The notes below the pieces were generated by a model. The model saw nothing but the letters and a program-made list of their open reading frames with translations, had not been told where the DNA came from and searched no databases. Positions 58,864-64,000 of a stretch of 64,000 bases of DNA are shown piece after piece. This DNA is from an uncultured delta proteobacterium (GTDB lineage: Bacteria > Desulfobacterota > Desulfobacteria > Desulfobacterales > JAHEIW01), in assembly GCA_963706575.1 (NCBI GenBank), contig CAVPNL010000006.1, forward strand, positions 832,001 to 896,000. The letters are read 5' to 3'. The translations under genes were made by a program, and so were the position numbers. Every line of letters begins with the position of its first letter. Position 1 is the first letter of the stretch.

Positions 58864-60008
58864 CCGACGGTTTTTAAAATTTCGATAACGTCACTGCCAA
58901 ATTCGGTTGCCTGCCAGTTTTTCAGTTCTTTCATCTTTAACAGACTGCTGGCCGTAAGGGGTCGTTGCACCGCAATCGCACTGATCAGCGCTTTGGTGCA
59001 AATGATGGTCGGATCGATCTCCAGGTGCTTTGCCAGATGGTCCCGCCAGTTGCGCAGTTCCTTGACGCGTTTGGCGACAATAGCAGGTACTTGCGGGGCG
59101 CTTTTACGAGGATATTTCGGCAAATCTTTTGCGGGGATCTGCAAGGCTTTTTTTACCGCTGCGATAATCGCTTTGCCGTAGCGGTCAATTTGTTTGGGTC
59201 CCAGCACTTCGGTTTTTTGCAGTTTCCTTATACTCTGGGGGCGCATTTCTGCCAGCGCTATCAGCGGCTTATTTCCAATGACTCTGAAAAGCGGCCGGTC
59301 CTGCTGCTGCGCCATTTTTTTTCGCAGTTGCAGCAGCTCTTCCAGAACCGCCAGGCCTCTGGGACCCAGTTTCCCGGCGCCTTTAAATCCGGGGAATAGG
59401 GGACCCGAGTCTGTGTTCGCCGCTCTAACCTTACTCAAATAGGTGCATTCTTCCTCGACCCAGGAAAGGCGGCCTTTGTGTTTTAGCTCCTGATGCAGAC
59501 CTCTGGCCAGGGGGACAAGATAGTGTACATCTTTGGCCGCATAGGCAATCATCTCCTTTGGTAGGGGACGTTTCGACCAGTCTTTGCGCTGGTACTTTTT
59601 ATTCAGGTGCACTTTGAATCTATTTTTAAGCACCGCCTCCAAACCGCTTTCACGATACCCTAAAAAACGGCACGCCAGTTCAGTGTCAAAAAGATTGTTG
59701 ACGCTAATTCTGAAATCTCGATACAGAGACCGCACGTCATAATCAGCGCCATGAAATATCTTCTGAATGTCAGCGCGCCTGAAAACCGGCTTCAATACGG
59801 ATAAATTTTTAATCTGCAGCGGATCAATAACGGCTGTGGTGTTTTGCGTGGCGATCTGGATCATACAGACCTTCTCTTTAAAATGATACATCGAATCGGC
59901 TTCCAGGTCGACGCCGATGATTTTTTGCTTTTCCAGCCGGCCGGCAAACTTTTCGAGCTTGGGGATGGTATCGATCATTAAATAGGTGTGTGCGCCGCGT
60001 CTTGGCAT
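58860..60008 (-). CDS. rnd: Ribonuclease D (3'-5' exonuclease plus HRDC)
   Basis: VDLE, IFHGADYD, LFDT, DWSKRPL, YAAKD, HRDC domain. Confidence 0.9.
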   Translation of the reverse strand: MPRRGAHTYLMIDTIPKLEKFAGRLEKQKIIGVDLEADSMYHFKEKVCMIQIATQNTTAVIDPLQIKNLSVLKPVFRRADIQKIFHGADYDVRSLYRDFRISVNNLFDTELACRFLGYRESGLEAVLKNRFKVHLNKKYQRKDWSKRPLPKEMIAYAAKDVHYLVPLARGLHQELKHKGRLSWVEEECTYLSKVRAANTDSGPLFPGFKGAGKLGPRGLAVLEELLQLRKKMAQQQDRPLFRVIGNKPLIALAEMRPQSIRKLQKTEVLGPKQIDRYGKAIIAAVKKALQIPAKDLPKYPRKSAPQVPAIVAKRVKELRNWRDHLAKHLEIDPTIICTKALISAIAVQRPLTASSLLKMKELKNWQATEFGSDVIEILKTVG

Positions 60009-60023
60009 TTTTTTCTTGACCCT

Positions 60024-60047
60024 ATCCTATTTTTGAGATGGATTCTA
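60024..60047. mobile_element. Solo end of MITE family A
   Basis: atcctatttttgagatggattcta. Confidence 0.6.
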
Positions 60048-60283
60048 TAATTTAATAATTACGCTATTTTATCATTTGATTATTGATAAAGTAAAAGAAC
60101 GGATTATATTCCTCTTAAACCATTCAACCATAACATATAACGAATAACCCCCAATTGATTCTTAAATCAATTGGGGCTTTAATTTTACCCTTTGCTTAGC
60201 TAAATAAGTTTGTTATCCTGAAACTTTAGCAATTATTTCTATTATCTTAGCAGTTGTTCAAAACTTATCAAGGTGAGAAGCCA

Positions 60284-62200
60284 ATGATAAATATAACACT
60301 TCCAGACGGGAACTTAAAGACTTTTGAAAATGCCCCGACGGGCCTGGAGCTGGCCGAAAGCATTTCAGTGGACTTTGCGCGCAATTGCGTGGCCATGGAA
60401 TTAGGTGAAGAGCTGGTTGATTTAACCACTCCCATCACCGCAGACACAAAGGTTCGTTTAATCACCCAGAAAGACCCTGAGGCCTTGCACGTTTTGCGCC
60501 ACAGCGCGGCCCATGTGATGGCCCAGGCCATATTGCGGCTTTACAAAGACGCCAAGCTGACAATTGGTCCGGCCATTGATGATGGTTTTTATTATGACAT
60601 CGACATGGGGCCGGTTTCGGAAGAGGATTTTGCCAAAATTGAAGCTGAAATCAAAAAAATCACTAAGGCCAAACTGCCCATATACCGCAAAGAGTTGTCC
60701 AAAGCCGAAGCACTTGAGTTTTATAAAGACGAGCCCTACAAGCAGGAAATGATTTCGGAATTGGAAGACGGCACCATTTCGTTTTACGAACAGGGCGAAT
60801 TTACCGATTTGTGCCGTGGACCGCATGTGCCGCATACCGGTCATGTAAAGGCGATTAAGCTTATAAAAGTGTCAGGCGCTTACTGGCGGGCGGACCCGAC
60901 CAAAGCCCAGCTTCAGCGAATTTACGGAACTGCTTTTTTCTCAAAAAAAGAGCTCAATGCTCACCTGAATTTTTTAGAAGAAGCCAAAAAAAGGAATCAC
61001 CGTAAAATCGGACAGGCGCTGGATCTCTTCAGTTTTCACGAAGAAGCGCCGGGCATGCCCTTTTTCCATCCTAAAGGCATGGTGGTCTGGAATTCCCTGC
61101 TGGATTACTGGCGCGCTGAACACCGCGTCGCCGGATATGTGGAAACCAAGACACCGATAATGCTTAACCGGGTGCTGTGGGAAAAAAGTGGTCACTGGGA
61201 AAATTATCGGGAAAATATGTATACTTCCTCTATCGATGACAACGATTATGCCATCAAACCGATGAATTGCCCCGGGGGGATGCTCATTTATGGGCGAAAG
61301 CCGCATTCTTACAGGGATCTGCCGCTGAGGGCGGCCGAGGTTGGTCTGGTGCATCGGCATGAGCTCAGCGGGGTTTTGCAGGGGCTCTTTCGGGTCAGGG
61401 CGTTTCACCAGGACGATGCCCATCTGTATATGATGCCGGATCAGATTGAGGATGAAATACTGGGGGTGCTGCGTTTATCAGAGCGCATGTACAGTACCTT
61501 TGGCCTGGGGTTCCATCTGGAGCTGTCGACCCGCCCCGAAAAATCTATCGGCAGCGACGAACAGTGGGAACACGCCACCAAAGGGTTGGAATCGGGACTG
61601 AAGGCCTACGGCCATGATTACACCCTAAATGAGGGTGACGGCGCCTTTTACGGCCCCAAAATCGATCTGCATATCAAAGACGCGCTGGGTCGGACCTGGC
61701 AGTGCGGAACCATCCAGCTGGATATGGCGCTGCCGGAACGGTTTAACCTGACCTACATCGGCAAAGACAACGAACGCCACCGGCCGTTGATGATTCACCG
61801 CACCGTGTTCGGATCCATTGAGCGTTTTCTGGGGATTTTGATCGAACATTTTGCCGGCAAATTGCCGTTGTGGCTATCACCGGTTCAGGCGGAGATTTTA
61901 CCGATTAATGATGACCTGATAGCTTATGCCAATGAGGTGAAATCCGTGCTTGAAAAAGCCGACCTGCGGGTGGCAGTTGATGACCGCGCCGAAAGTCTGA
62001 ACAAAAAAGTTCGTGAAGCCCAGCTGAATCAAATTCCCCTGATTCTTACCGTCGGTGGCAAAGAAAAAGAATCCGGCGCCCTTGCGGTACGCACACTGGA
62101 TGGCCACGTCAAATACGGCGTTTCCCATGACCTGTTTCTCAATACGGTGGGGGAACATATTCGCAAGCGGGAGCTGGCGCTGGATTTGTTCAAGGACTAA
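60284..62200 (+). CDS. thrS: Threonine--tRNA ligase
   Basis: ITLPDG, HSAAH, DLCRGPH, KPMNCP, HRHE, GAFYGPK, WQCGTIQLD, GSIERF. Confidence 0.98.
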   Translation: MINITLPDGNLKTFENAPTGLELAESISVDFARNCVAMELGEELVDLTTPITADTKVRLITQKDPEALHVLRHSAAHVMAQAILRLYKDAKLTIGPAIDDGFYYDIDMGPVSEEDFAKIEAEIKKITKAKLPIYRKELSKAEALEFYKDEPYKQEMISELEDGTISFYEQGEFTDLCRGPHVPHTGHVKAIKLIKVSGAYWRADPTKAQLQRIYGTAFFSKKELNAHLNFLEEAKKRNHRKIGQALDLFSFHEEAPGMPFFHPKGMVVWNSLLDYWRAEHRVAGYVETKTPIMLNRVLWEKSGHWENYRENMYTSSIDDNDYAIKPMNCPGGMLIYGRKPHSYRDLPLRAAEVGLVHRHELSGVLQGLFRVRAFHQDDAHLYMMPDQIEDEILGVLRLSERMYSTFGLGFHLELSTRPEKSIGSDEQWEHATKGLESGLKAYGHDYTLNEGDGAFYGPKIDLHIKDALGRTWQCGTIQLDMALPERFNLTYIGKDNERHRPLMIHRTVFGSIERFLGILIEHFAGKLPLWLSPVQAEILPINDDLIAYANEVKSVLEKADLRVAVDDRAESLNKKVREAQLNQIPLILTVGGKEKESGALAVRTLDGHVKYGVSHDLFLNTVGEHIRKRELALDLFKD

Positions 62201-62224
62201 TGTCGCGATAGGCGAATGCGTTAA

Positions 62225-62316
62225 TTTACCACAAAGGCCACAAAGCACACAAAGAAGAGGGTTTAAGGATAATTTAATTTATCTTTCTCTGTGATCTCTG
62301 TGCGCTCTGCGGTGAA
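62225..62316. repeat. CACA(A/G)AG-family tandem hairpin element
   Basis: ccacaaaggccacaaagcacacaaag ... ctctgtgatctctgtgcgctctgcgg. Confidence 0.8.
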
Positions 62317-62335
62317 AAAATTAAACTAAGATACG

Positions 62336-62542
62336 ATGACCCAAAACGCCGGAATAACCACTCATAAGATCCAGTGGTGTGATTTACGCTGTAAATGGGC
62401 GAATGCGGCCAAACTCGAAGCCCTGGATGGCAGCTGCCGTACATTTCAATCTCTGTGGTGCCGGAAACTGGAAAAACATGTCACCAAAAATGCACCCTGT
62501 GAAGTTCTATTCGGTCAACGCCGCCCGATAACAAAATTTTAA
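62336..62542 (+). CDS. Small Cys-rich hypothetical protein
   Basis: WCDLRC, SCRTF..LWC, NAPC. Confidence 0.6.
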   Translation: MTQNAGITTHKIQWCDLRCKWANAAKLEALDGSCRTFQSLWCRKLEKHVTKNAPCEVLFGQRRPITKF

Positions 62543-62551
62543 CTGATTTTT

Positions 62552-62640
62552 TCACGCAAAGCCGCAAAGTCGCAAAGAATAAAGTTTGTCAGATAATTTA
62601 ATTAAACTTTGCGCGCCTGTTTTTTGGCGTCTTTGCGTGA
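62552..62640. repeat. CGCAAAG-family tandem hairpin element
   Basis: tcacgcaaagccgcaaagtcgcaaag ... ctttgcg...tggcgtctttgcgtga. Confidence 0.8.
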
Positions 62641-62669
62641 GGCCGCTTTTTGCCCTTTTTCTGGTCCCT

Positions 62670-63068
62670 ATGTCTGCTACCGGTCAATCAAAACTCAGAA
62701 ATTTCCTCATCTGCTGGCTGCCGCTGATTATTTACTGCCTGGCTATTTACATTCAATCCGGCCAGCCCGGCCCTGAACATATCCCTGATGTGCGTTTTCT
62801 GGATAAATTCCTGCACTTTGGCGCTTACGGCCTGCTGGGGATCCTTTTTTTCAGAGCCTATGAAACCCTGCCGCTCAAAAACTTCAAAAACCTGCTGATT
62901 TTAATCAGCATCGGGTCAGCCACCCTTTACGGAATCAGCGATGAGATCCATCAATTTTTTGTTCCATCCAGGCAGGCTGACATTATGGATGTGATCGCTA
63001 ATACGATCGGCAGCATCTGCGGGGTTTACCTTTTTTATAGGTGGAAAAATCAAAAAGAACCGGTGTAG
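62670..63068 (+). CDS. VanZ family membrane protein
   Basis: DKFLHFGAY, YGISDEIHQFFVPSR, DVIAN. Confidence 0.9.
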   Translation: MSATGQSKLRNFLICWLPLIIYCLAIYIQSGQPGPEHIPDVRFLDKFLHFGAYGLLGILFFRAYETLPLKNFKNLLILISIGSATLYGISDEIHQFFVPSRQADIMDVIANTIGSICGVYLFYRWKNQKEPV

Positions 63069-63097
63069 CGGTCTCGCGACTAACGGTAAGTTTTACC

Positions 63098-63291
63098 ATG
63101 AACCCATCTCAAAAATGTCTTTTGTCCCAACATTTTTGTTGGAGCCTCGTTTTAAATCCTCGACATACAACAGTATGCCTGCGGTTTACGACCCACAAGG
63201 AGTATAAGATCAGACGGGGAATCCCGCAACGCGGGAAAACTCGGCCCTGCCGCGATCTTGAACCAAAATCCTATTTTTGAGATGGGTTCAT
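63098..63291. mobile_element. MITE family A copy (opposite orientation to 44978-45123) with a ~48-bp insert
   Basis: GAACCCATCTCAAAAAT ... ATTTTTGAGATGGGTTC; interior is a near reverse complement of 44978-45123. Confidence 0.88.
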
Positions 63292-63506
63292 ATTAAGCGG
63301 CTGTGCGGATTGACAACACCCCTGATTTTATGTACAAAGGATAGCTTGAATTGGCTGTGGTGGGTCAGTGAATATCAACCGGACTGACCCTCCGAAGACA
63401 GACGGCCGTTTCATTCGTCCATATTTAATTGTGCAGCGGTTTGGATTTGCTGAATCCGAGTCGATTAAAAACTCGCCATTGAATCCGATTAAAGGAGTGG
63501 AACTCT

Positions 63507-64000
63507 ATGCCTTCCGAAAATAGCATTTCAATCAACGGCAATGTATTTTCCTATACACCGGGCGAAACCATCTTGGAGGTGGCGCATCGCAACAGTATTG
63601 ATATCCCGACCCTGTGTCACCTCAAAGGGGCCATCCCTACCGGTGCGTGCCGTATGTGCCTGGTAGAGGTTAAAGGCGCCCGCAGTCTGGTGGCTTCCTG
63701 TGCCGCACCGGTCACACCGAATATGGTAGTTCAAACCGAAACGGCGCAAGTTGTCGAAGCACGCCGCATGGTCCTGCAACTGCTGCTGTCCTCCGGTAAT
63801 CACAACTGTGCGGTTTGCGGAAGCGCCGCAGATAACTGGACCGAATTTCAACTTAAAGTGCAACAGGCTGAAGACGGCACCGAATTGTGCCCGGTCTGGG
63901 GCGATTGCCGCCTGCAAGACCTGGCCTTTCGCTACCAGGTCACCGGTGAGCGCTTTGAGCCCACCGAGACCGCTTATCCGATGGAAACCGCCAATCCGTT
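63507..64000 (+). CDS. Formate dehydrogenase alpha/NuoG-like Fe-S subunit, N-terminus (cut by window edge; absent from the ORF track)
   Basis: AAGGAG RBS; IPTLC, GACRMCLVEV, ASC 2Fe-2S motif; H.C..C, CRLQDLA. Confidence 0.88.
   Translation, partial: MPSENSISINGNVFSYTPGETILEVAHRNSIDIPTLCHLKGAIPTGACRMCLVEVKGARSLVASCAAPVTPNMVVQTETAQVVEARRMVLQLLLSSGNHNCAVCGSAADNWTEFQLKVQQAEDGTELCPVWGDCRLQDLAFRYQVTGERFEPTETAYPMETANP

Noticed and set aside
60149..60176. thrS tRNA-mimic operator or T-box
   Set aside because: A hairpin is present, but its loop has no Thr anticodon-like sequence and there is no T-box consensus.
63340..63500. Moco/Wco riboswitch before the Fdh-like gene
   Set aside because: Only a simple gggtcagt/actgaccc stem is present; the conserved Moco RNA features are not evident.

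Overview
64 kb of a bacterial chromosome. Gene content suggests Desulfobacterota (Desulfobacterales-like); this is an inference, not a database match. Housekeeping genes: ribH (3' end), nusB, mltF, ispG, archaeal-type proS, relA/spoT, rpmB, bamD, trxA, purN, rnd, thrS, and the start of an Fdh/NuoG-like Fe-S subunit. Other loci: a MarR-led sulfur-relay and membrane-redox cluster (DsrE2-like, TusA, DsrM/NarI-like, DsrK/HdrD-like, DsrF/H/E-like); an 883-aa GcvT-SHMT fusion; a Qng1-type queuosine salvage gene; a long minus-strand accessory run with one degenerate attC-like site; and a decaying SDR/ThDP-enzyme/transporter operon. The most unusual signal is intergenic. Many spacers carry palindromic elements: hairpins whose arms are tandem 7-10-mers (several unrelated unit families, sometimes nested), a TIR MITE family with modular inserts, an element whose core is flipped relative to its arms between two copies, a branched GCTCCT rod, REP doublets and an IS200-like right end. 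I found no transposase, integrase, rRNA, tRNA or CRISPR array. All calls come from motif recognition by eye; no searches were run.
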